Shown in pieces: positions 27,228-35,406 of a DNA stretch of 64,000 bases (its first letter is position 1; each line of letters begins with the position of its first letter). The notes under the pieces were generated by a model that was not told the DNA's origin, ran no database searches, and saw only the letters and a list, made by a program, of their open reading frames with translations. Made by a program: the position numbers and the translations under genes. Source of the DNA: a phage; NCBI GenBank assembly GCA_029366385.1, contig GCA_029366385.1_4540.1. One strand, 5' to 3'.

Positions 27228-27472
27228 TCGACGAGCTTGCCTCTCAAGTCGTAGAAAATTATTGGCGCGAGAGAGAAGCTTTCATTATGCGCAGTCTCAA
27301 AGAATATTTCATTGGGACTGTGCGGATGGAAGATATTGTAAGTAGAGTAGAGATTCATGTATGGCCTGATTATGAAGAATGGGTTGACAAAGAAAATGAA
27401 AATGCTATAATTCTTCGTATATACAAACCGGAGATAACATTAGGAGGAAGAAGTGTTAAACTTCGAAATTGA
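27224..27472 (+). CDS. Hypothetical protein
   Basis: 82-aa ORF. Confidence 0.45.
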   Translation: MIDELASQVVENYWREREAFIMRSLKEYFIGTVRMEDIVSRVEIHVWPDYEEWVDKENENAIILRIYKPEITLGGRSVKLRN

Positions 27473-27722
27473 TGAGCAAAAAATAAATAAACGATGCCTT
27501 ACCATTAAAGATTTGGATGTAGGAGATACTTTCGTCTATGAAAATGCATTTGACGAAAATGGTTTAGACCTTAGTGAAGTCATTGTTTATTTAAAAGTAG
27601 ATGATGGGGAAAATGATTATTCTGCTGTAGAACTAAACCATCATGCACAATTAGTAGCAATCCAAAACACATCTAAGCTTTTGGAAGTAGAATTGACTGT
27701 AACTGGTATTACACTTAAATAA
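27453..27722 (+). CDS. Small protein, paralog B of 26153-26431
   Basis: 89 aa, GTG start after AGGAGG. Confidence 0.5.
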   Translation: MLNFEIDEQKINKRCLTIKDLDVGDTFVYENAFDENGLDLSEVIVYLKVDDGENDYSAVELNHHAQLVAIQNTSKLLEVELTVTGITLK

Positions 27723-27737
27723 TAGAGGAGACAAAAG

Positions 27738-28340
27738 ATGACTGATAAAATTTCCCTGAAAAAAGGCTCTAGCGAAAAAATTTCCCTGAAGAAAGTTGCT
27801 CCGGCTCTGAAAGAACTGCGCCTGGAATTCTCTTGGAAATCTGATTCTAAACTGGATCTGGATGTAAGTGCACTGGTTTGTCGTCACAATGCCGCTGGCA
27901 ATCCGGAAATGCTGTCTGCACGTCATCTGGTTTGCTATGCTAACAAGTTTGATCCTGAACGTTCTACCTTCGCTGGTGACGATGTTCGTGATGGAACTGG
28001 CAGCATGGAGCAGATTGATATTACTCTGGCTAAAATCTCTCCTGATGCACAAGAGATTGCCTTTGTTCTGACCATTGATGATGATACAGGTCTGAAACGT
28101 TTTGGTCATGCTTCTGAAGGTATGCTTAAAATCTTCGACTCCGAGCGCAATGTGGAAATTCTGGATTTTGACTTCCTGGCTCCTGAAGTAGCTGGCAACA
28201 CAATCTGCCACGTGGCTTCCTTGGTTCGTGAAGATGGGGAATGGAAACTGAAAGCATATGGTGTAGGTAAAGCTGGTCTGGATATTTGCGATGTGGTGAT
28301 GGCCTTCGGTGGTAAAAAAGAATGGTATGAATGTCCATAA
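27738..28340 (+). CDS. terD: TerD-domain stress protein
   Basis: 200 aa; aligns by eye with enterobacterial TerD (ISLKKG..ISLKK, FVLTIDD, DGEWKLKAYGVGKAGL); CTG/CGT/GGT-rich codon usage. Confidence 0.85.
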   Translation: MTDKISLKKGSSEKISLKKVAPALKELRLEFSWKSDSKLDLDVSALVCRHNAAGNPEMLSARHLVCYANKFDPERSTFAGDDVRDGTGSMEQIDITLAKISPDAQEIAFVLTIDDDTGLKRFGHASEGMLKIFDSERNVEILDFDFLAPEVAGNTICHVASLVREDGEWKLKAYGVGKAGLDICDVVMAFGGKKEWYECP

Positions 28341-28355
28341 TTAACAAATGATTTT

Positions 28356-28375
28356 GAGGGGGAGAAATCCCCCTC
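28356..28375 (+). terminator. Stem-loop with GAAA tetraloop (terminator-like or RNA processing site)
   Basis: 8-bp stem GAGGGGGA / TCCCCCTC; 16 nt after terD stop; no long T-run. Confidence 0.4.
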
Positions 28376-28404
28376 TTGCAATAAAGCCTCTATCGTGTTA
28401 TACT
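28376..28404 (+). promoter_or_regulatory. Putative promoter TTGCAA-N17-TATACT with extended -10 (TGt)
   Basis: TTGCAA 28376-28381, TG 28396-28397, TATACT 28399-28404. Confidence 0.4.
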
Positions 28405-28436
28405 AGAAATTCGTTAACTTAAAAAGGAGGCAAAAT

Positions 28437-28958
28437 TTGCTGATAAAAAACTTTGTAACAGTTGCGTTACTATCCTTAACTGCTTTTACATTTACACCTG
28501 TTGTGGCGAAAGCCGAAGCTGCAAACGTAAAAACCGCTAAAGTAGTTCACAAATGTACAAAGCAATATAATGATAAAATTCTATTAGCTTGTGCAATTTA
28601 CGCAGAAGGTCGCGGTCTGGGTAAAAAAGGAATGAATGCCGTTGGGAATGTGGTAATCAACAGAAGAAATGATGCCTACTTCCCTAACACAGTCAAGGGA
28701 GTCTTGTTCCAGAAAGGGCAATTCTCATATGCGAAAACTTTTAACGTGACAGAGAAAGATAAATGGCAGGAAGCAAAAGCAATAGCGGAGCGTTTACTTT
28801 ATTTAGAGAAACATTTTCCTGAATTGCGGTCTGTTTTAGATGTTACTAAAGGTGCTCTATACTTCAAGAAACGGAATATAAGGACACACTGGGAGCGTGA
28901 TATGCGTCTTGTTTATCGAGATAAAGTGCATGGTTTCTATCTACCAAAGGGGAGTTAA
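28437..28958 (+). CDS. Secreted SleB/CwlJ-type cell-wall hydrolase
   Basis: 173 aa, TTG start after AAGGAGG; signal peptide; CAIYAEGRG..GMNAVGNVVINRR..FPNTVKGVLFQKGQFS matches the SleB-type hydrolase pattern. Confidence 0.6.
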   Translation: MLIKNFVTVALLSLTAFTFTPVVAKAEAANVKTAKVVHKCTKQYNDKILLACAIYAEGRGLGKKGMNAVGNVVINRRNDAYFPNTVKGVLFQKGQFSYAKTFNVTEKDKWQEAKAIAERLLYLEKHFPELRSVLDVTKGALYFKKRNIRTHWERDMRLVYRDKVHGFYLPKGS

Positions 28959-28959
28959 A

Positions 28960-29244
28960 ATGCAAGAAGATAATACTGTTGTTGTAGCAAGTTACCTGGT
29001 TGTCGGTCTTACCGAAGAGGACGTATACTACACCCGTAAACATTTGGAAGCATACGCTACTTTGTTTATGGAAGATGAAAAGGATGTAGATAAATATAGC
29101 ATTGATATGATCAACGACAGTATTTATCCTTGTGTGGTTCTTAAAGTAGATGCTGTGCTGTGGGAGCGTTTTGCAAGGACTCATGATGCTGTAGAATGCT
29201 CCACAGTAATGTCTCAAAACAACATTTTAGGGGAGATTCACTGA
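28960..29244 (+). CDS. Hypothetical protein
   Basis: Track ORF 28897-29244 taken from ATG 28960. Confidence 0.45.
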   Translation: MQEDNTVVVASYLVVGLTEEDVYYTRKHLEAYATLFMEDEKDVDKYSIDMINDSIYPCVVLKVDAVLWERFARTHDAVECSTVMSQNNILGEIH

Positions 29245-29474
29245 TGGGAGAAGTCATTGAAGTAAATTTTCGCACTAAACAAAAAGTGCAAAAATATGTT
29301 GTTATTAAAAACATTTGCGTTGTCTGCTTCAATACTGTAATATACGATTCACGACGCGGAGAAAACGAAAATGAACCTTACATTGAAATTTCTAAGAACA
29401 AAGGTCAATGTATTTGTAAGAACTGTGCAGTAGCTATTAAGGAGGTTGTAAATGAAAACGCTTGGGACCAATGA
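29244..29474 (+). CDS. Hypothetical Cys4 zinc-ribbon protein
   Basis: Track ORF 29196-29474 taken from ATG 29244; CVVC ... CICKNC. Confidence 0.45.
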   Translation: MGEVIEVNFRTKQKVQKYVVIKNICVVCFNTVIYDSRRGENENEPYIEISKNKGQCICKNCAVAIKEVVNENAWDQ

Positions 29475-29643
29475 AACTGGCGAGATCTCTCTTCAAGAAG
29501 TGACAAACGACAAGCTGATTAAACTACGGGATGTAGCTCGTGACCATCTCCAAGAATCTTTTAAAGAATATATGGAAGCACGAGATCGTGTCATCCAAAT
29601 CCAACAAGAAATGATTAAACGTGGGATTGTAGCTGACAGTTAA
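29452..29643 (+). CDS. Hypothetical protein
   Basis: 63-aa ORF. Confidence 0.4.
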   Translation: MKTLGTNETGEISLQEVTNDKLIKLRDVARDHLQESFKEYMEARDRVIQIQQEMIKRGIVADS

Positions 29644-29659
29644 TATAACGGAGGGGAGA

Positions 29660-30223
29660 ATGATTTATTATATTACTCCCTATCTGACAGGAAATATCGG
29701 CAAGGCTATCAATGAAGCTATTGCCGTTCTTCCAGATGATAGTTGGGTGTGCTTAAGAGATACCGATACAATGTTCCTCCTGCCTGATCAACCATCTATG
29801 CTTGAAGAGCTTGTTATGTCAAACCCGCCTTTTGATGTAATAGGTGCAACTTGTAACAGGTTAGGTAGTGGTTATCAGCTTTTCTCTAACCAAATTAACG
29901 ATGATCCAGATATTCTAAACCATATAGAATATGCTAAGATTGCAAGAGAATATCATAAAGTGAGTGTTGAAGAAGTTCCTTTCGGAACACCTCTGGCAGG
30001 TTTCTTTTTGCTTTTTAGAAAATCATTGTGGAATGAAATTCCTTTCGAAGAAAAATCTATCCAATTCGACTTAATTTTCTCTCGCACTTTACATGAAAAA
30101 GGAAAGAGGTTAGGATTGATGCGGGGAATGTATCTGTTTCACATTTACAGATTAGGTCAAACAAATCCTCAACGGTCTATACATCATTTATTACACTGTC
30201 ACGATCACAGTAAAACTATTTAG
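29660..30223 (+). CDS. Putative glycosyltransferase (GT-A-like)
   Basis: 187 aa; N-terminal ITPYLTGNIGKAINEAIAVL ... CLRDTDTMF resembles GT-A nucleotide-sugar binding region. Confidence 0.4.
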   Translation: MIYYITPYLTGNIGKAINEAIAVLPDDSWVCLRDTDTMFLLPDQPSMLEELVMSNPPFDVIGATCNRLGSGYQLFSNQINDDPDILNHIEYAKIAREYHKVSVEEVPFGTPLAGFFLLFRKSLWNEIPFEEKSIQFDLIFSRTLHEKGKRLGLMRGMYLFHIYRLGQTNPQRSIHHLLHCHDHSKTI

Positions 30224-30231
30224 GAGAGAAA

Positions 30232-30915
30232 ATGGAAAATATTAAAATCGGAGTGGGTGTTATCACTGTAGGTGTCCGTCCACTTAAAGACTACCTTGTA
30301 ACAGATCCACATGCAGATTTTCGAGTATTCAACGATCCAGATCGTAAAGGTGTAGCTTACGCCAGGAATGAACTTATGCACCAGTTTTATGAAGAAGGTT
30401 ATGATTATTGGTTTATTTTTGACGACGATTGCTACCCAATCATGGAGGGATGGGAAACATATTTTGTAGATCAAGCTGTCTCTGGAGGATGGGATTTCTT
30501 TGGTATGCCGGAGTATTTCAAAGATAAAGTTGTTGGGAGTAAAGGAGAAGTTATTCTCTGGGAACTTGCAATGTGTCAATTTGCAATGTATTCTCGTGCC
30601 GTTGTTGAGAAGATGGGTTATTTCCGCCCTTACACTCACGGCTATGGTTTTGAAGATGCTGAATGGGTACACCGTTTGAAAGCTGCTGGTTTGAATCAGG
30701 GCATTCAGGCAATACCTTGTCCACTTCGTATCATGGCTTATATCCACCCAGACGATGTTTTTGGAAACAATCTTATGCCTTTTGCTAATCTGACAAAAGA
30801 AGAGAAAGAAGTTGCTATTGGCATTAACTGGGAAGAATATAAAGCGTCTTTAGAAGATATTAAAAATGGGAAAATCCGAATTTCTTATGAGGAGGCACTG
30901 GCACATGTCAAATAA
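30232..30915 (+). CDS. Glycosyltransferase family 2-like
   Basis: 227 aa; GVGVITVG ... GVAYARN ... YWFIFDDDCYP (DxD). Confidence 0.55.
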   Translation: MENIKIGVGVITVGVRPLKDYLVTDPHADFRVFNDPDRKGVAYARNELMHQFYEEGYDYWFIFDDDCYPIMEGWETYFVDQAVSGGWDFFGMPEYFKDKVVGSKGEVILWELAMCQFAMYSRAVVEKMGYFRPYTHGYGFEDAEWVHRLKAAGLNQGIQAIPCPLRIMAYIHPDDVFGNNLMPFANLTKEEKEVAIGINWEEYKASLEDIKNGKIRISYEEALAHVK

Positions 30916-31852
30916 AAAATGGACTAAACTGAAAATTGATGCAAAACCTCACAGTGGTTGTGATTATCATCGTATTGTTATACCATTTAACAACAATAAT
31001 TTTCAGCCTAAGAAAGATGTTGTCGTGTTTAACCGTATTCATTCTAAAGGGGCAGAATATGTTCTGTCCCTGAAACGTCAAGGTGTTAAGATTGTTGTAG
31101 ATTTAGATGATTTCTACCAACTTAATCCAGAACATTATTTAGCAAGTTTATATGAGTCAAACACTCATGCTATTGTAGCTATGGTTAAGCTTGCCGATGT
31201 GGTCATTGTGACTACGGAATATTTGGCATATAAGATCCGTCACTTAAATAGGAATGTTGTTGTGATCCGAAATGCACTTCCTTTTGATAGCGGACAATTC
31301 ACTTTGTCAAATGATCGTTCATCCGGTACCCCTGTTGTATGGGCTGGCGGTGCTAGTCACGAACCCGATTTACGACTAGTCTCTAATACTTTCGATGATG
31401 AACTTCTTACTATTGCAGGATATGAAGCATCGCAGAGTATCACAGGGCAAGAGTGGATTAAGATCCGTAGAAATTTACCAAACGCCAAATATAAAGCTGC
31501 TGTAAAAGATTTAGATAATTACATGAGTGTTTACGAAAGTCATGCTATTGCTATAGCTCCTTTGGTAGACAATGATTTTAATAATTGTAAAAGTAATCTC
31601 AAAATCCTTGAAGCTGGGGCAAAAGGTATTCCGATTGTTTGTTCTAAGGTATTACCTTATTTTAACCCTGTAGATGCTCGCGCTGTTGCTTACGCAGAGA
31701 ATAAAGCTGAATGGCATTACGAAATTGTTAAGCTTCTTCGCAATCCGAACTATCGGGAAGATCGCGGCTTGTTCTTAGCGGAACATGTTCGAACACATTA
31801 TAATCTGGCAGATGCAAACGAATTGCGACGCCAGGTTATTGAAAGTTTGTAG
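30905..31852 (+). CDS. Putative glycosyltransferase (GT-B-like), paralog of 31860-32804
   Basis: Track ORF 30866-31852 taken from ATG 30905 after GAGGAGG; KSNLKILEAGAKGIPIV. Confidence 0.5.
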   Translation: MSNKKWTKLKIDAKPHSGCDYHRIVIPFNNNNFQPKKDVVVFNRIHSKGAEYVLSLKRQGVKIVVDLDDFYQLNPEHYLASLYESNTHAIVAMVKLADVVIVTTEYLAYKIRHLNRNVVVIRNALPFDSGQFTLSNDRSSGTPVVWAGGASHEPDLRLVSNTFDDELLTIAGYEASQSITGQEWIKIRRNLPNAKYKAAVKDLDNYMSVYESHAIAIAPLVDNDFNNCKSNLKILEAGAKGIPIVCSKVLPYFNPVDARAVAYAENKAEWHYEIVKLLRNPNYREDRGLFLAEHVRTHYNLADANELRRQVIESL

Positions 31853-31859
31853 GTGAAGT

Positions 31860-32804
31860 ATGGGACAAATAATTCTTGACAATCGTAACGGAATCAATTA
31901 TAGTGTCTGCGATTTCCATAGGGTAGTGCTGCCTTACTCAAGGCAGTTCTCTTCACAACCTAAACACAACGTTTTCGTTTTTAACGGAGTGCCAACAAAA
32001 GGTAAAGAGGGCTTTTTAGCCCTTAAAAACCTGGGCTTTAAAATGGTTATGGATTTGGATGACTCTTTAGTTATTCCAAAAGGACACATGTTAGAAGGTA
32101 TTTTTGAATCAGGTATTCGTGAACATTTAAAATGGTTTTTAGAGCACAGTGATCTTGTTACAACTACGACACCTGCCTTGCAAGTTGAACTTTCACAATA
32201 CAATGATAATGTGCACATAATCCCTAATGGACTTCCTTACGATGAAGGTCAATTTGTGTTGACCCGTGATCGCTACTCCAAAACTCCATTAGTCTGGGCT
32301 GGAAGTGAAACACATAAACAAGATTTGGCTATCTTGCCCGATTTTGGTAAAGATCTTACAATATGTGGTTTTCGTAGGGATTCTGAAGTTTTAAGTAGTC
32401 GTGAATGGTCTTTAATCAGGGAAAATGTAGCACCAACTTGTGTTTATGAAGGTGTAAGACCATATGCCTACTACATGGAATCTTACGATGGTCATCAAAT
32501 CAGTCTTGCACCATTGATCGATAACGTGTTTAATAATGCAAAAAGCAATCTTAAAATTCTTGAGGCAGGTGCTAAGGGTTTACCTTTAATCTGCTCTCCT
32601 CGTGAGAATTATCATACACAAGAGTTTAAAGATTTGTTATTCTTTGCTGAAACACCTTCCGAGTGGAAAGATATTACGGAATACTTATTAAGTGCTCCCG
32701 ATGTTTGCATGGAGAAAGGATTAGCATTAGCTAAGTATGTCAGGACTCATTATCACATTGATGTGTTGAATGAGCGTCGTAGACTTTTATTTGAGGAGCT
32801 ATAA
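31860..32804 (+). CDS. Putative glycosyltransferase (GT-B-like), paralog of 30905-31852
   Basis: 314 aa; CDFHRVVLPY ... MDLDD ... KSNLKILEAGAKGLPLI collinear with upstream paralog. Confidence 0.5.
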   Translation: MGQIILDNRNGINYSVCDFHRVVLPYSRQFSSQPKHNVFVFNGVPTKGKEGFLALKNLGFKMVMDLDDSLVIPKGHMLEGIFESGIREHLKWFLEHSDLVTTTTPALQVELSQYNDNVHIIPNGLPYDEGQFVLTRDRYSKTPLVWAGSETHKQDLAILPDFGKDLTICGFRRDSEVLSSREWSLIRENVAPTCVYEGVRPYAYYMESYDGHQISLAPLIDNVFNNAKSNLKILEAGAKGLPLICSPRENYHTQEFKDLLFFAETPSEWKDITEYLLSAPDVCMEKGLALAKYVRTHYHIDVLNERRRLLFEEL

Positions 32805-33082
32805 TGATTAACACTTTTGATTTTGAATACACCACTCGTAACGGGAAAGCCTTGGTCGTGGAGGTGGATTACTATTATGAAGAACCTAATCCACTTTCTC
32901 GTGAAAGCGATTGGGATTACCACGGAGGGCTTTTAATTGACGGTATTCGTTTTTATGAAGGATCTACAGAAGTTTTTGAAAAAGATTTAAATATAACTGT
33001 AGCAGAAATTGCTTTCCAATTTAGAAAGCACATGGAAGAACTAGAAGCAGAATATATGATGGAGACTAACGAACCATTTTAA
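32804..33082 (+). CDS. Hypothetical protein
   Basis: 92-aa ORF. Confidence 0.5.
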   Translation: MINTFDFEYTTRNGKALVVEVDYYYEEPNPLSRESDWDYHGGLLIDGIRFYEGSTEVFEKDLNITVAEIAFQFRKHMEELEAEYMMETNEPF

Positions 33083-33094
33083 CAGGAGAACAAA

Positions 33095-34873
33095 GTGTCG
33101 CACATTATAACTAAATATGGATTTGATGTTGATCTTAGCAAGGAAGGACATACAGGTTGTCCGCGCTGCATGAAAAATGGCAAGGATCGCTCTCGTAATA
33201 ACCTGATGGTTTATGGATTAGATTCTAATGGAGAGCATAAAGGTGCTAAGTGCTTTGCGTGTGAATACACTATTCCTAGCGTAGAATGGTTACGAGAAAA
33301 TGGTGAAGTTTTAGAAGAAGAGGAGGAGATTGTGGGTTCGGAATTTAATAAACAGATTCATCGTAAAATTGTTCAAGAAACATCAACCAACCCACGTGGT
33401 TATCGAGGCATTAAAGAAAAAGTTTCATCTTTCTATGGTGTTCGTTATGAATACCGTCAGGAAGGGGATCAGATGGTAGTAGAAAGTTGTTTATATCCAA
33501 CTACCATCGGTAAAGAATTGGTTGGTTTTAAGCGTCGTATTCATCCTAAAGATTTCAGTAAACCTATTGGTCAAGTAGGTAAAGATGTAGATCTTTTTGG
33601 ACAAATTCGTTTTGCAGATCGTTCTCATACTGTTGTAATTACAGGTGGTGAACACGATGCTCTGGCAGCTTATCAAATGCTATCTGAAAACTTGGACAGT
33701 AAATATGAGCTTCCAGCCGTAGTAAGTGGCACAACTGGTGAAACCAGTATGTATAAACAAGTTCAGGCACAATATCCTTTCTTTGAAAAATTTAAGAAGA
33801 TTATTGTTTGCATGGATAACGACAAAGCAGGTAACGAGGCATTTGAAAATATTGTTAAGGTGCTGCCTCGTAACAAAGTCTACCGTATGCAGATGGATCT
33901 TAAGGATGCCAATCAGTATCTGGAAGAAGGCCGTGCAAAAGATTTCGTAAAAGCTTTTTGGAGTGCTCGTCTATACACCCCAGCAGGTGTTTATGCTTCT
34001 AATGTCTTGTATGAAGCTGCATTGGAATGCTTGGAATCCAAGATGATTACCTTGCCTCCTTTTATGCGTGTTGCTGCAAACATGTTGGGTGGTGGTTTAG
34101 TAGAGGAAGAGATTACAGTCATCCTGGCAAAGACCAGTATCGGTAAAACTTTGATGGTGAACGAGATCACCAAACATATTATTGTTGCACACCCAGAACA
34201 TACCCTAGGTATTCTGTCCTTGGAAGCGACTTATAAAAAGTATTCTCGTAACCTGTTATCCTCTTTCCTACACATTCCTCTACACAGGAAAACACCGGAA
34301 GAGAAATTTCAAATCTTGGAAGAGAATAAAGAAAAAATCCTAGATTTTTACGAAAGAGAAGATGGATCACCACGTTTTTACGTGTGTGATGATCGTGGAG
34401 CAGATGTGGAGTCTATCAAAGAAAAAGTTTTGGAGATGATCATCTATTTTGGAGTAACAATTCTTGTTATCGACCCTTATTCTGATTTGCTTTCTGGTAT
34501 GGATGTTCAAGCCCAGGAAGAGTTAGCAACATGGTTGAAGCGAATCATGAAAGAGTATGCTATAACTATTATCGTCATCTCACACGTTAAGAAGTCAGCT
34601 AATGGTGGCAATGAGCACTTAACAGAGGACGATGCAATGGGTAGTAGTTTCTTGGCTAAAGGTGCTGGTATTACCTTGGCTTTGGAACGAGATAAGGCTG
34701 CTGAAGATCCTGTAGAACGTAATACAACTCATTGCTTTATCCTAAAAAACCGTGAGTTCTCGGAGACTGGTCCAGCAGGGCAGTTTTACTATGACATTAG
34801 AACTGCAACTCTTCACGACAAAGAGCAGTATTTTAACAACCCTGCTAACTTACCTACGGATAGCAACTACTAA
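33095..34873 (+). CDS. Bifunctional DNA primase/helicase (T7 gp4-like)
   Basis: 592 aa, GTG start; N-terminal Cys4 zinc finger, TOPRIM-like region, DnaB-type Walker A AKTSIGKT. Confidence 0.85.
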   Translation: MSHIITKYGFDVDLSKEGHTGCPRCMKNGKDRSRNNLMVYGLDSNGEHKGAKCFACEYTIPSVEWLRENGEVLEEEEEIVGSEFNKQIHRKIVQETSTNPRGYRGIKEKVSSFYGVRYEYRQEGDQMVVESCLYPTTIGKELVGFKRRIHPKDFSKPIGQVGKDVDLFGQIRFADRSHTVVITGGEHDALAAYQMLSENLDSKYELPAVVSGTTGETSMYKQVQAQYPFFEKFKKIIVCMDNDKAGNEAFENIVKVLPRNKVYRMQMDLKDANQYLEEGRAKDFVKAFWSARLYTPAGVYASNVLYEAALECLESKMITLPPFMRVAANMLGGGLVEEEITVILAKTSIGKTLMVNEITKHIIVAHPEHTLGILSLEATYKKYSRNLLSSFLHIPLHRKTPEEKFQILEENKEKILDFYEREDGSPRFYVCDDRGADVESIKEKVLEMIIYFGVTILVIDPYSDLLSGMDVQAQEELATWLKRIMKEYAITIIVISHVKKSANGGNEHLTEDDAMGSSFLAKGAGITLALERDKAAEDPVERNTTHCFILKNREFSETGPAGQFYYDIRTATLHDKEQYFNNPANLPTDSNY

Positions 34874-34892
34874 GGGCTTCGGCCCTTTTATT
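34872..34892 (+). terminator. Rho-independent terminator (UUCG loop)
   Basis: Stem AAGGGC / GCCCTT, loop TTCG, then TTTTATT. Confidence 0.6.
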
Positions 34893-34903
34893 AAAAATAC
34901 CTG

Positions 34904-34932
34904 TTGACAACTTTGCGGAAGGGACTTATACT
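34904..34932 (+). promoter_or_regulatory. Putative strong promoter TTGACA-N17-TATACT
   Basis: Consensus -35, 17-nt spacer, near-consensus -10; about 35 nt upstream of ATG 34966. Confidence 0.5.
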
Positions 34933-34965
34933 TGTCTCATCAACCAAACAAGAGGAGAAGTAAAA

Positions 34966-35397
34966 ATGCGTATGACAATCGATCTGAATGCAAAAGTTAA
35001 AGCTGCTGGTGCTCTGGGTGCTGGTGTTATTAAACACAAACAAGCGTTGGCATTTGCCATCCCACACATGATTGTTGAGGATCATCCTGAAGAGTTTGCT
35101 GTAAAAGTTGTTGAGAACAATGTCTCTGTTATTGAACATCTTCCAACTGGACGTTCTTACCGTGTTGTTTCTTCTAAAGGTTTTCGTTTCGATGTAAGCC
35201 CTTCTTTCACAAAAGGTGCTGGTCGTAGTAAAGTGGGTATTCTTTCTTACAAATATTATATCGATAAAGTTGCAGATGGTGTTGCATTCTGTCGTGTAAG
35301 TGAAGGTAAAGTAGATATCATCTTTAAAAATACCAAAAACATGGTTATTTCTGATGATGGTAAAGTTGACCTCACTATTGAGTTCGCTAACAACTAA
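34966..35397 (+). CDS. Hypothetical protein, probably abundant
   Basis: 143 aa; own promoter; codon usage visibly skewed to GGT/CGT/GCT/GTT. Confidence 0.55.
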   Translation: MRMTIDLNAKVKAAGALGAGVIKHKQALAFAIPHMIVEDHPEEFAVKVVENNVSVIEHLPTGRSYRVVSSKGFRFDVSPSFTKGAGRSKVGILSYKYYIDKVADGVAFCRVSEGKVDIIFKNTKNMVISDDGKVDLTIEFANN

Positions 35398-35406
35398 GGA
35401 GGACTA

